From: the human T2T-CHM13v2.0 reference genome, Homo sapiens
DNA length: 64,000 nt
Assembly (NCBI RefSeq): GCF_009914755.1
Contig: NC_060928.1
Direction: 5' to 3' (one strand)
How positions within the stretch are numbered: the stretch's first letter is position 1; every line of letters begins with the position of its first letter. Shown piece after piece: positions 25,466-39,560 of the stretch. The notes under the pieces are model-generated. The model was not told the DNA's origin, did no database searches, and was given only the letters and a program-made list of their open reading frames with translations. A program made the position numbers and the translations under genes.

Positions 25466-25790
25466 AATCTAGCCATTAGAATATAAATGGTAGTTGAAGC
25501 CATGGTATGTGGATGATGTATCTAGAAGAAAAAAAAAAGATCAAGGAACCAGGATAGAATCCTGGGCTGTACTGATTTCAGTGAGTGAGTGAAAGTAGAG
25601 GAGTCTCTTCAAGAAAATTGAGAAGGTAGAGATGTAAAAATAAACAGAGGAGCATTGAGAGAAAAAAAATAGTCAAATGTTTCAGAGATCTCAGTCAAGG
25701 TAAAAAAAAAATACTTCATAGCTTTCCTTCCTTACAGCCTTATTTGAAAATCCCATGGATTTTTAATAAGCAACATTGTGCGTACAGGTA

Positions 25791-26877
25791 CAGTCATGTG
25801 TTGCAAATGCATGGTGCTTACATACACTGTCGTGTGTTGCGTAACAATGGGGATATCTTCTAAGAAATGCGTTGTTAAGTGATTTAATAATTGTGTGAAC
25901 ATTATAGTGTGTACTTACACAAACCTATATAGTATAGCCTATTATACCCCTAGTTTATAACATAGCCTATCACACCTGGGTTACAAACCTGTACATCATG
26001 TTACTGTACTGAATACTGCAGGCAATTGTAACACAATAGTACTTGTTAACATATCTAAACATAAAAAATGCACACTAAAGTATTGTATAAAAGGTTTTTT
26101 AAAAGTGGTGCACCATGAATAGAGCTTGCAGAACTGGAATTTGCTCTGGCTGAGTCAGTGAGTGAGTGGTGAATGAATCTGAAGGCTTTGGATATTACTG
26201 TACACTACTGTGGATATTATAAATACTGTACACTGAGGCTATACTAAATTTGTTAAAAATTCTTCTCCTCAATAATAAATGGACCTTAGCTTATTTCTTT
26301 ACTTTATAAAATTTTTAATATTTTTAACTTTCTGACTCTTAAAAGACAAATACTATTTTACAGCTGTACAAAAATATATTCTTTCCTTATATCTTCATAC
26401 TATAAGCTTTTTTCTATTTTTTTAAACTTTTTAATTTTTAACCTTTTTTTCTTTTTAAAGACACAAACATACATTAGCCTAGGCCTACACAGGGTCAGGA
26501 TCACCAGTATCAGTTGTCCACCTCCACATCTTGCCCCACTAGAAGTTCTTCTGGGGCAATGACATGCATAGAGCTGTCACCTCCTATAATAACAATGCCT
26601 TCTTCTATAATACCTCCTAAGGACCTGCCTGATGCTGTTGTAAAGTTAACTCTTTTAATAAGTAGAAGTATACTCTAAAATAATGATAAAAATCAGCGCA
26701 CAGTTGTTCACTCCAGCATCACCACAAACACCTGAATGAAGTGTTGCATTACACTCCTGCAGTGGCTACAACATCACTAGGCAATAGGAACCTTTTAGCT
26801 CTATTATAATGTTGTGGTACCACAATTGTATATGCAGTCAATTGTTGACTCAAACATTGTTATGTAGCACATGACTG
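25791..26877 (-). mobile_element. Tigger3b-like non-autonomous TcMar-Tigger DNA transposon
   Basis: TIRs cagtcatgtg / cacatgactg with TA on both sides (25789-25790, 26878-26879); internal acaaacctgtaca.catgttactgtactgaatactg and cattagcctaggcctacacagggtcaggatca. Confidence 0.9.
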
Positions 26878-27039
26878 TATATATTTATGCTAAACAAAGA
26901 AAGCCATTATAGGAGAATGAGAAAAGACCCAAGGTGGGATATTTGATCAATATAGGAAAAATGAGATCAAAGATAGTGTGGAGGATTTAGCTTTAGATAG
27001 GAAAAAGAACATCTCCTCCTCCAGTTGTGAAATAACTAT

Positions 27040-27200
27040 GTCAGCACCTATGGATTCTAGCTTCATATACTGGAACCAATAAGCCCAGTACCTTAAATGT
27101 GACTTTAAACTTTCTTTGAGCCAAGTTACCTTCAGGATGTGATTGAGTCCCCAAAAAGATCCTGGTTCATAATTGATACATTACATAATGAAGCACATGT
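27040..27200 (+). mobile_element. MIR fragment
   Basis: ggattctagcttc...tgtgactttaaactttctttgagcc. Confidence 0.4.
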
Positions 27201-28199
27201 GAAACATAGACAGAACTTTGCTTCTATTTTCTTGAATTTGTCACTATTACTACTACTTCCAACAACTACTGTGTTGAGTTCCTGCACTGGTCAAGGAAAA
27301 CATCTAAAGACTATATGTGAAACCTGAACAAACATATAAAAGTATCTGACCATATTTTCCCACATATATTAGATCTTAATTTTTGTGAATATTCTCCTGT
27401 CTCATACAATATACATTTTTATGTATTGTATTAAAAATGTAAATCAGAACTTGGAATATGCCTGGATATAGTATCTTAATCAACTTCCCTTGTCCCGAGA
27501 TATGTCTACTTCTCCCTTGCTTAAAGGGGCTGCAACTATTCCCTGGCGTAAGAAAGGTGTTTCAAGAGAAAACACTTTTCCTCAAACGCCAATCCACATT
27601 CTTCATTATCTTGAGTTGTAACCACAATCAACCCTTTCTGTGCCTAACATGAATGGTTTTATGATTTAATCAACAGAGACATGAATGCAGCTGTGCTTAG
27701 GAGTATTTTAAATGGAAATACTAATTACAGGGCAGGACCCAAGAAGATTCTGAAGACAAAATTATTTGGTCATTCAGATGACTTGCATTCTCCACATATA
27801 TTTTACTATCCATCCCCTAATAAACGCCTATTGTACTAGGAAAGAATCCCATAGCATGGACCATTTAATAGAATATAAATAAACCATCTCAGAGAAACTA
27901 CACTGGCATTGGGCAATTTTCCAATTTTGTGCAAATGTAGGAAAATGTTGGATTGGTGCAAAAGGAGGAATTGCTTGATACCCAAGTCCTGGATCTGAAG
28001 CTATGGAAAACACTTAATCTTTGAATATCTGAGCAGTGAATGAATATCCTTAAGTTGTAAAAAGGATGGTTATATTGTTAGGATTTTAAAAATATATACT
28101 ATTTTGTGAAAGATAGAAGGAAGGTTATATTTTAATACTGATCAGCCAAAGTGTAGACTGTATAAGAGACACTTTGTTTGTTTGCCGTTTTGAGTTATT

Positions 28200-28640
28200 T
28201 TTGTGGCTATTTTCAGCATCAGTGCATATTTTTGCTTTGGGAAATTCCTCACTGTATGCAGTATTGGTAGGAAACAATGCCTTACCCCCTCAGGAAAAGT
28301 CATTATGAGGGAATAATCCTACTTTTCTGTCACTAGTAGAAAGGGCATACGGACTCTAACTGATTGAAAGCTCATGTCTGGGACTTGAGATGCAAAGATA
28401 AAGGATGAGAAACTGGTACCTTTAGTAGAATGCTTTTAATAGAGCCTGGTTGCTGTATTTCTTGTTTATCTTCTAGAGCTGCCCTTGTTCCTGCCTATTT
28501 TATAGACCAGCTCTCCAATGTTCCTATTGACTTTATGAGCTTCCCTGTGGTCTTCCTGTACATTTACCCTTGCTTTTGTTTTTATTTAAGACAGCATGAT
28601 TGACAACTTCTTTTCTCATTGTAAAGAAGTCTAAAGACTA
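28200..28640 (+). mobile_element. Ancient ERVL LTR, LTR33-like
   Basis: tgtggctat... start, and a 3' region tgagcttccc...cttcc...ttaagacagc resembling the LTR33/LTR16 3' end; very diverged. Confidence 0.4.
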
Positions 28641-29830
28641 TCTCTTCATTTCTCCCATATTACTCAACTACCCTACTACCCCCATCTCTTCCCCTTATAG
28701 GGATACTTCTAAATGCTGAAGAATAAAAATCCTGACCTCTCCCCAAAAGCATAATATATTTAGAAAACAAACTAAAGTCATTAAATTATAAGCTGGGTTG
28801 CAATTACTTGGCCCACTCTTCTACTGATACTCTTTTTTTTCCCTTTATTTAGAAACACATGCCTTTGGTATGGAATATTCATTAGTTGTTGTGACAACAA
28901 TTTTCACCTGTATAGAAAAGTCACGGATACTTATATATAGTTTTCATTCATTTCATTTAAAGGGATAATTTTTCATTGTACTTTCTCCTTTTAATTTTTT
29001 AAAAATTGACACATAGTAGATGTACATATTTTGGGGGTAAATATGATAATTTGATACATTCATATAATGTATAAAGGTCAAATCAGGATAATTGGATTAT
29101 CCATCACCTTAAATATTTGTTTTTTGTTTATGCTAGGAACATTCAAATTATTCTTTTCCGGCTATTTTGAAATGTACCATAGATTAATGTTAACTATAGT
29201 CACCTGCTGATCTATTGAACACAAGGTCCTTTTACTTTTCTCTAACTGTATCTTTGTATTCATTATTGAACCTCTTTTCTTATCGCTCTCCTCCCTACCC
29301 TTCCTGGCCACTTGAAACCACTAATTAACTCTCTATCTTTATGAGATACACTTTTTTAACCCCCACATATGAGTGAGACCGTGCAATATTTGTCTTTTTG
29401 TGCTTGGTTTATTTCACTTAACATAATGACCCTCATTTTATCCATGACAAATGACAGGATTTCATTCTTTTTTATGGTGGAATAATATTCTATTGTGTCT
29501 ATATATACTACACTTTCTTTATCCACCCATCTGTTAATGGGCATTTAGGTTGATTCCATATTTTGGCTATTGTAAAAAGTGCTGCAGTAAACATGGGAGT
29601 CCAGATATTTCTTCAGTATATTTATTTCCTTTCTTTTGAATATAGACTCAATGGTGGCATTCCTGGATCATATAGTAGTTGTAGTTTTTAGTTTTTTGAG
29701 GAACCTCCATACCATTCTCCATAGTGGCTGTACTAATTTACATTCCCACCAAAATTGTATGTGAGTTCCCTTTTCTCCACGTCCTTTCCAGCATTTGTTA
29801 TTGCCTGCCTTTTGGATAAAGGCCACTATA

Positions 29831-29858
29831 AGATAGATAGATAGGTAGATAGATAGAT

Positions 29859-29905
<47 letters not shown>

Positions 29906-29935
29906 GATAGATAGATAGATGATAGATAGATAGAT

Positions 29936-29978
<43 letters not shown>
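29831..29978. repeat. Compound AGAT tetranucleotide STR
   Basis: [AGAT]3 AGGT [AGAT]3 GAT [AGAT]11 GAT [AGAT]3 GAT [AGAT]3 GAT [AGAT]10. Confidence 0.97.
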
Positions 29979-29979
<1 letters not shown>

Positions 29980-30062
29980 TCTTATACTAAATACTTATTA
30001 TCTGTGGGGTGAAAACGTACCTCGTTGTAGTTTTGATTTATTTTTCTCTGATGATTAGTGAT

Positions 30063-30478
30063 TTATATAGCTCAGATTTTCATCCCCTCCAAATCTCATC
30101 TTGGAATCTGACACCCCAAATGCTGGACGTGGGGCCTAATGGGAGGTGTTGTGTCATAGGGGCAGATCCCTCATGAATGGCTTGCTCTCTCTGTGGTAGT
30201 GAGTTCTCACTCTATTTGTTCATGCAAGAGGTGGTTGTTTAAAGGAGCCTGGCACTTCTTGCTCTCTCTCTTGCTCCCTGTCTCACCATGTGACAAGCCT
30301 GCTCCCCCTTCACCTTTTGCCATGAGTAAGAGCTTCTGAGGCCTCACCAGAAGCTGAGAAGATGCTGCTGTTATGCTTGTACAGCCGGCAAAACTGTGAG
30401 CCAATAAACTTCTATTTTAAAGATAAATTTCTCAGCCTTTAGGCATTCCTTTGTAGAAGCACAAAACAAACTAATACA
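30063..30478 (+). mobile_element. MSTB-like solo LTR nested in the L1MA
   Basis: ccctccaaatctcat...ggcagatccctcatgaatggcttg...gaggcctcaccagaagc...ctaataca; degenerate TSD gtgat/atgac. Confidence 0.9.
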
Positions 30479-31700
30479 ATGACGTTGAATATTTTTTATA
30501 TACCCGTTTGCCATTTGTCTGTCTACTTTAGAGAAAGGTCTGTTCATATCTTTTGCCCAATTAAAAATTTGATTATTTATTTATTTGCTACTGAGCTGTT
30601 TAGGCCCCTTATATATTTTGGCTATTAATCGCTTGTCAGATAGTTTGCAAATATTTTCTTCCATTTTATGTATTGCCTGTTTGTTGATTGTTTCCTTTGC
30701 TATGGAGAAGCTTTTTAGCTTGGTGTTATCCTATTTGTCTATTTTTGCTTTTGCCGCTTGTGCTTTTGAGGTCTTACCCAAAAACTCTGCCCAAACCAAT
30801 GTCTTGAAGTGTTTCCCACTGGAAACTTCTCCTGGTAGTTTCATAGTTTCAGTCCCTTAGATTTAAGTTTTTAACCCATTTTGAATTAAAGTTTTATATG
30901 ATTAAAAATAGGAGTCTAGTTTAATTATTCTGCATATGGTTATCCAATTTTCCCAGCACCATTTATTCAAGAGACTGTCCTTTCCCCATTGTATGTTCTT
31001 GCCACCTTTGTAGAAAATGAGTTAGCTGTAAATGTGTAGGTTTGTATCTGGGTTCTCTATTTGTTTCTGTTGGTCTATGTGTTTGTTTGTATGCCAGTAT
31101 CATGCTGATTTGGTTATCATCGCTTTGCAGTATAATTTGAAATCAGGTAATGCGATGCCTCCAGCTTTGTTCTTTTTGTTCAAGACTGCTTTGGCTATTT
31201 TCAGTTCTTTCCTGGTACCATATAAATTTTAGGATTTTTTTATTTCTTTAAAGAATTTCATTGGTATTTTGATAGGGATTGCACTGAATCTGTAAATTGT
31301 TTTGGGTAGTATTGTCATATTAACAATATTAATTTTTTCCAATCCATGAGCATGGAATATCTTTTCTTTCTTTGTGTGTGTCCTCTTGAATTTTCTTCAT
31401 CAGTGTTTTTATAGTTTTCTTTGTATAGATCTTTACTTTTGGGGTAAAGTATTTAGTATTCTTTGTAGCTATTGTAAATAGGATTGGTTTCTTGATTTCT
31501 TTTTCAGATTGTTCTCTGTTGACATATATGAATTCCACTGATTTTTCTATGTTGATTTTGTGTCCTGTAATTTTGCTGAGTTCAACTATCAGTTTTAACT
31601 GCTTTTTTTTTTTTTGGTGGAATCCTTAGGCTTTGCTAAATGTAAGACCATGTCATCTGCAAACAAGGCTAATTCAACTTCTTCCTTTCCAATTCGGATG

Positions 31701-31773
31701 TCTCCTCTCCCTCCCCTCCCCTCCCCTCCCCTCCCCTTCCCTGTTTTACCTAATTCCTTCCCTTCTTTCCTTC
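31701..31773. repeat. (CCCCT)n / CT-rich expansion inside the L1 RT region
   Basis: Five C4 runs separated by single T at 31713-31736. Confidence 0.9.
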
Positions 31774-33329
31774 TTTTACCTAATTGCTCTGGCAAGGACT
31801 TCCAGTATTACGTCAAACAAAAATAATAAAAGTGAAGATCTTTGTCTTGTTTCAGATCTTAGAGAAATGGCTTTTATGTACCCCACTCAGTATGATATTG
31901 GCTATGAGTTTTTGCTATATGGACTGTATTATTTTGAAATATGTTCTCTTTGTACCCAGTTTGTTGATGGTTTTTTTTTTATCATAAAGGGATGTTTTAT
32001 TCAATGCTTTTTTCAGCATCTATTGAAATGATCATATGGTTTTGTTGTTGCTTATGTTAATGTGATATATCACGTTTAATATTTTGCATATGTTGAATCA
32101 TTCTTGCAACCCTGATATAAATCCCACTTGAGTATGGTGAGTGATCTTTTTAATGTGTTGAATTTGGTTTGCTAGTATTTTGTTGAGGCTTTTTGCATTT
32201 ATTTTCATTAATTATACTGGTCTGTAATTTTCTTTTTTTGTTGTGTCCTTTTCTGGTTTTGATATCAGAGTAATTCTGGCTTCTTTGAGGAGTTTGAAAA
32301 TATTCTATCCTCTTATTTTTTTTGGAAGCATGTAAGTAGAATTGGCATTAGTTCTTCTTTAAGTGTTTGGTAGACTCTACCAGTTTATTCCTCAGATCCT
32401 GGGCTTTCTTTGATGGGAGACTTTTTATTATGGCTTCTATTTCATTACTTGTTTTCAGTTTGTTTAGGTTTTCTAATTTTTCATCTTTCAATCTTGGTAG
32501 GTTGCATGTGTCCAGAAATTTATGCATTTTTTCTAGGTTTTCTAATTAGTTGGCATCTGGTGGTTCATATTAGTCCGTAATGATTCTTTTTATTCTGTGG
32601 TCTCAGTTGATATGTCTTCTTTTTTGTTTCTGATTGTATTTATTTGGCTTTTCTCTCTTTTTCTTAGTTTAGCTGAAAATATATTTTTAAAAACCCAGTT
32701 TAAAATTTTTTTTTGATCTTCTATTTTTTTTAGTCTTAGTTTTATTTATTTCTGCTTTGATCTTTATTATTTCTTTCCTTCTATTTTTGGGGGCTTGATT
32801 TTTTCTCACTTTTATAGTTCCTTGAGGTGCATTGTTAGGTTGTCTATTTAAAGTCTTTCTACTTTTGGTTATTCCTATAAAATTCGCTCAGTACTGCTTT
32901 TGCTGTATCCCATAGATTTTGATATGTTGTATTTCCATTGTCATTTGTTTCAAGATATTCCTAAATTTCCTTCTTAATTTATTCATTGACCCATTGCTTG
33001 CTCAAGGGCATGTTATTTAGTTTCCATGTGTTTGTTTTGTGTAGTTTCCAAGGCTCAAACCCTCTTGTTATTGATTTCTAGTTTTATTTTGTTGTGGTCA
33101 CAAAAGATATTTAATATTATTTCTACTTTTTTTTAATTTGTTGAGATATTTTTTGCAGCCTAAACTGTAGCTTACCCAGGAGAATGTTCCATGTGCTGAT
33201 GAAAAGAAACTCCAATGTTTCCTTTTTGATTTTCTGTCTGAATGATCTGTCCATTACTGAGAGTGGGGTGTTAACGTCTCCTACTATTATTGCATTACAG
33301 TCTATCTCTCTCTTTAGATTTATTAATGT

Positions 33330-33677
33330 TTACTTTATATACTTGAGTGCTCTGATGTTGAATGCATAGATATTTATAATTGTTATATCCTTTAGCTGAA
33401 CTGACACCTTTATCAGTATATAGTGATCTTCTTTGTCTGGTTTTACAGTCTTTGACTTGTAGTCTATTTTATCTGATGTAAGTATAGCTACTTCTTCCCT
33501 TTTTTGGTCTCCATTTGTATAGAATAACTTTTTCCATACTCTCATTTCCAGTCTATGTGTGTCTTTATAGGTAACGTTCACTTCTCGTAGACAGCATATA
33601 GTAGGGTCTTGTTTCTTTATCCATTCAGCCACTCTATGTCTTTTAATTAGAGAATTTAGTCCATTTACATTCAGCAT
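33330..33677 (-). pseudogene. L1 ORF2 APE-type endonuclease N-terminus (fossil)
   Basis: LNVNGLNSLIKRHRVAEWIKKQDPTICCLRE...ITIINIYAFN matches the L1 ORF2p EN domain. Confidence 0.9.
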
Positions 33678-35842
33678 TATTACCGATTAAATAAGGAATT
33701 ACTATAGGCATTTTGTTGATTTTTTTTTTTTTACAGGTTGGTTTGTAACTCCTCTCTTCCTTTTCTCCTTTTTGTTGCCTTCTTTGGGATTAAATGATTT
33801 TCTCTGGAAGTATGTTTCAATTCATTGTGTTTTATTGTGTATGATCTATTATAGGTTTTTGCTTTATGATTACCATGAGGCTTACAAAAAAATCTTACAG
33901 ACACATGAAGTTATTTTAAAGAGATGATAACATCTTAGATGGCAAAGAGAATAATGTAAACAAATGAAATTTTAAAAATCCTCTGCAAATTAACTTAATT
34001 CCTTTCACATTTGGCTTTTGTGTTGTCTTAACTTAGATATTTTTATATTGCCTATCTCTTGACAAGTAACTGTGCATATTATTGTTTTTTATAGATTTGT
34101 ATTCTGGGCTTCATTATGAGCAGATTTTTATCACAATTACAGAATTAGACTATTCTGGGGTTGTCTGTGCACTTAATTTTACCAGTGGGTTTTATATCTT
34201 CAATTTTTTTTTTGTTGTTTGTTTGTTTGTTTTCATGCACATTAGTGTTTTCTTCTTTCAGATTTAAGAACTCCCTTCAGTATTTCTTATAAGATCAGAA
34301 GGGTGGTGATACATTCTCTCAGTTTTTATTTGTCTGGGAAAGACCATCTCTCTGTATTTGAAGGATAGCTTTGCTGGATTTTGCATTCTTGGATGACAGG
34401 TTTTTTTTTCTTTCTTTTTCTTTTTTTTTTTTTCCACACTTTTAAAACATCATCTCACTCTCTCCTGGCCTGTATAATTTCATCTGGGATGTCTGTTGCC
34501 AGATCAACTGGAAGGATTTTAAAAAATATGTTATTTGCTTCTTTTTATCTTGCTGCTATTAGAATATTAGAATCCTCTCCTTGTCATTGACCTTTGAGAG
34601 TTTGAGTATTACATGTCTTGGGGTAGTCTTACTTAGGTAGAATCTATTTGTTGTTCTCTGATCTTCCTGTACTTGGATATTTATATCTTTCTCCAGTTTT
34701 GAAAGTTTTTTGTTATTTTTTCTTTAAATAAGCTCTCTTAGCCTTTTTCTTGCTCACCTCCCTGTTGAACACCAACAATTCCTAGACTTGGTTTTCTGAG
34801 ATACTTTTCTATATTTTGTATTTGATATTTGTTGCTTTTCATTCTTTTTCTTCTTTCTGCTCTGTGTATTTTCAATTAAATAGGCTGCCTTTGAGCTCAC
34901 AAATTCTTTCCTCTCCTTTATCCATTTGGCTGTTGAGAGCTTGTAATAATTCTTTTTCAGTTCAGTAAATGTATTTATCAGTTCCAAGATTTCTATTTTA
35001 TTTTTCAATTATTTCAGTCTCTTTGTTAAATTTCTCTGATAAATTTCTGAATTGGTTTTCTGTGTTATCTGGAAGATCACTGAGTTTCCTAAAAACTGCT
35101 AAGTTTACATTTTGCTTAGAGAGCTCACATATCTCCATCTTATTAATCTCCATCACTGGTTTCTTGCTTTGCCCATTTGGAAAGGTCATGATTCTCTGTT
35201 TGCTTTTGCTTCTTGCAAGTATATGTCTATGCCTTTGCATTGAAGTATTAGCTATCTATTCCTGTCTTCTCTGTGTTATTTTTGACTTTTCCTGGATATA
35301 TTTGTTTAGAGTTTCTTTGTAATTTTAGAATTTCCTTTCTTTCTTTCCTGCTAGGTCATTACCTCATATTTGGCACTAGATGGTGGCATAAGCCCAGGTT
35401 TGCCTCAGATTTAGTACACAATCAGAGCACTCCCTGCCCTGAATGAGGGAGTTCTCAAAGGGGATATCCTGGTAGTGTGGAAAAGCTTCTAGGAGTTTGT
35501 GCCAAGTGGACCTTTGGAATGCACCTCCTATAGTGTGGTGCTATTGAACAGCCACTCTGATCGGATGTTTCCTTTACCCAAGTTATAGACCACCTTTTGT
35601 CTCTGACTGTCTTCTGGAGTATTTCTCACTTCAGGCACTGGTGATGTTTCCCATGGGTTGAGGCAATGAAAGGTCTCCTGGTATGGGAAACTGGTTGTCC
35701 ACCTTGGTCTCACTTTTTCCATTGTAGAAACCGGGAGTTGAGGGAAATTTTTCTGTGTGCTTGGTGCAGGGCAGATTGTGGGGCCGGGCATCACTGGCAT
35801 AGAAGTTCAGTTCTCTTACCATCTGCTTGGAGTTTTTCTTCA

Positions 35843-37190
<1,348 letters not shown>

Positions 37191-38269
37191 TGATATAAGT
37201 AGCAAGTATTATATAATATAGAAAATATAAATCCCTCTTTCACATATTTTATACCTAATTTTTTTGTTTGAGAGATGATGCAAAAATTGCATTACATTAA
37301 CAAAACAAAAATTATTACATTATGAGTCTGAAATTGCTAGATATAGACATACCAATCTTTGTATTCAAGTGAATCACAAGGACATATCAGCCTAAATAAT
37401 AAATTAGAAGTCTGCAATGTGCTTGTGCCACTTGACAATGAGTCCCATCGACATAAACTGATACCATGGACAGATTTCTTATTAATCATGCTTCACCGGG
37501 TCATTGGGTTAAACATTTAAATAATAGGCTAATAGGAGTCTTGCTGGCAATTTAATTCCTGCTTTCTAGGCTCTGTAAGACAGAGTCACTCCTCTCTTTC
37601 CCTGGAGGAGGGGAAGTCCATCAAAATGTCATTATTCTACATGTGTAACAGAGTAATTTCTCTTGGTTTCTATATAGGTAAATTTGCAGTTGGCAATTGG
37701 CGATGAAGTGTCACTGATTGATCCTCACAGACTCATTCCTTTCCCCTCCTTACAACAAAGATCCTGTTTTTAATCACCTTACTGTGTACTTCCTTTGCCT
37801 TATCCATTATGCAAGGAGGTCAGCTAGTAACACTCAATATGACTAATTAAAGAAAGAACTCCAAGGTAAAGTGCACAGAGGCACTTTGGTAATTGCTGTG
37901 ATATCCATAAATAATAATGACAACTAATGAGACCCATAATAGCTTTGTAAACAGTAATTTGCCCACTCACAGGAAGTGAATAACAATTTACACTGAGTGA
38001 GGAGAGTCAACTCTCATGGGTCATTTGAGCATTTCTTTTTCTGCTCTCTGTAGCCAACTGTTTTTGGCATTTCAGGAATTTCTGGAGGGGGTCGACTTAT
38101 AACCTCGCTCTAAATGATAGCACAGTGTTTCAATGCATGGAATGAATAGCATGTTCTTTGCGTGGGCTACTTTATTTTTAAAATATTTAGTTAGGCTAAT
38201 TTGAAATATCTCTGGAGATGGTAAGAAGAGTGGCCATATTCAAATACAAAAGAAATTCAGAAAGTTGTT

Positions 38270-38400
38270 AGAGGTTACCTAATAAGAAAACTGAGGCCAA
38301 GTAAGGTGAAGAAATTTGTGCAAGAACTTAAAACTTCTTTGTGCCAGAGTAGGGACAAGAAGATAGAATCTCTGGACCTGCGCCAGTTATCTTCACAGAG
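38270..38400 (-). mobile_element. MIR fragment
   Basis: ataagaaaactgaggcc...aggtgaagaaatttgtgcaag. Confidence 0.6.
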
Positions 38401-38879
38401 CCGATCTCTGAGGGCTTTGAAAATCATGAGCAGGGGTGTGGCTTGAATTGTATTGTGAAGCCCCCTTGGTGATGTCATGCTACTGTCTAGTAGCTAAACT
38501 GACTACAAATAGCACACTGCTAAAGTAGAAACATAAAATCATACAGGTGAAACAAATAGCCAGAAGTACATCAAAGCAGGTAGCATAACGAAAGACCTGA
38601 GGATCACTTTCCAAATTCAGGTGGAAGCTTCTCACTCTGACTTAATAGCGAGGAAACAGACAAATACACTTAGGTTCTGGGTAGTACTTTGTTGCCTGGA
38701 AAATTGCTTTTCCGTCGGGACAGTTATATCTCTTGAATATCATTCTCCTTTTTAAGGATAAAAACACAATTCCTGAATGTGGCCTTATCTTTTCCTATAT
38801 GCTCAGAGTAGCCATCTTCCTCCTATTCAGGAATTTGTATCTGCTTAGCTTTTTGGTTTTTTTTTTTTTGGTCTGGGAA

Positions 38880-39560
38880 AGTTGATCTCATTCTTCTTTT
38901 GCTAGTTAATACCTGTTAATCATTCAAATCTTAGATCAAGTGGCATTTCCTAGGGAATATCTTCCGTGATTTTGACAGGTAAAATCCATCCCTTTATTAT
39001 AGACTCTGACAACATCGGGAATTTTTGCAGCAGCTGTCACAGTTGTAGTTGAGTACTTGTTGTCCAGTTTATTTGATAAATATGGATCTCCATCATTAGG
39101 CGTATTAGTCCATTTTCATGCTGCTGGTAAAGACATAACCGAGACTGGGAAGAAAAATAAGTTTAATGGACTTACAGTTCTACGTGGTTGGGGAGACCTC
39201 ACAATCATGGCGAAAGGTGCAAGGCACATCTCACATCGTGGTAGACAAGGGGAGAGAGATTCTGCAGGGAAACTCCCATTTTTAAAACCATCAGATCGTG
39301 TGAGACTTATTCACTATCACAAGAACAGCAAGGGAAAGACCCCACCCCCATGATTCAATTACCTCCCACTGGGTCCCTCCCACAACACGTGGGAATTCAA
39401 GATGAGATTTGGGTGGATATATAGCCAAACCATATCATTAGGTTTCAAGTCCCATGAGACCAAGACACTCTCTGTTTTTACAAACTGTTTTATTACCCTT
39501 CCCTAGAATGTGCCTGACACATTGTAGGTACTTAGTTTGATTAAATAAATACATGTATGA
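38880..39560 (+). mobile_element. L2 3' end interrupted by THE1
   Basis: tcattcaaatcttagatcaagtggcatttcctaggga...cctagaatgtgcctgacacattgtaggtact. Confidence 0.65.
39101..39437 (-). mobile_element. THE1B/THE1A-like solo LTR
   Basis: gtattagtccattttcatgctgct...acacgtgggaattcaagatgagatttggg...gccaaaccatatca; perfect TSD TTAGG at 39096-39100 and 39438-39442. Confidence 0.93.

Larger units (their letters stand above)
22630..27030 (-). mobile_element. Fragmented L2 hosting nested insertions
   Basis: Collinear L2-like pieces at ~22630-22750, 23000-23421, 23800-24200, 25470-25700 and 26880-27030. Confidence 0.6.

Noticed and set aside
29831-29978. Assignment to a named forensic STR such as D21S11
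   Set aside because: The structure lacks the TCTG block of D21S11 and I cannot verify any other name without a search.
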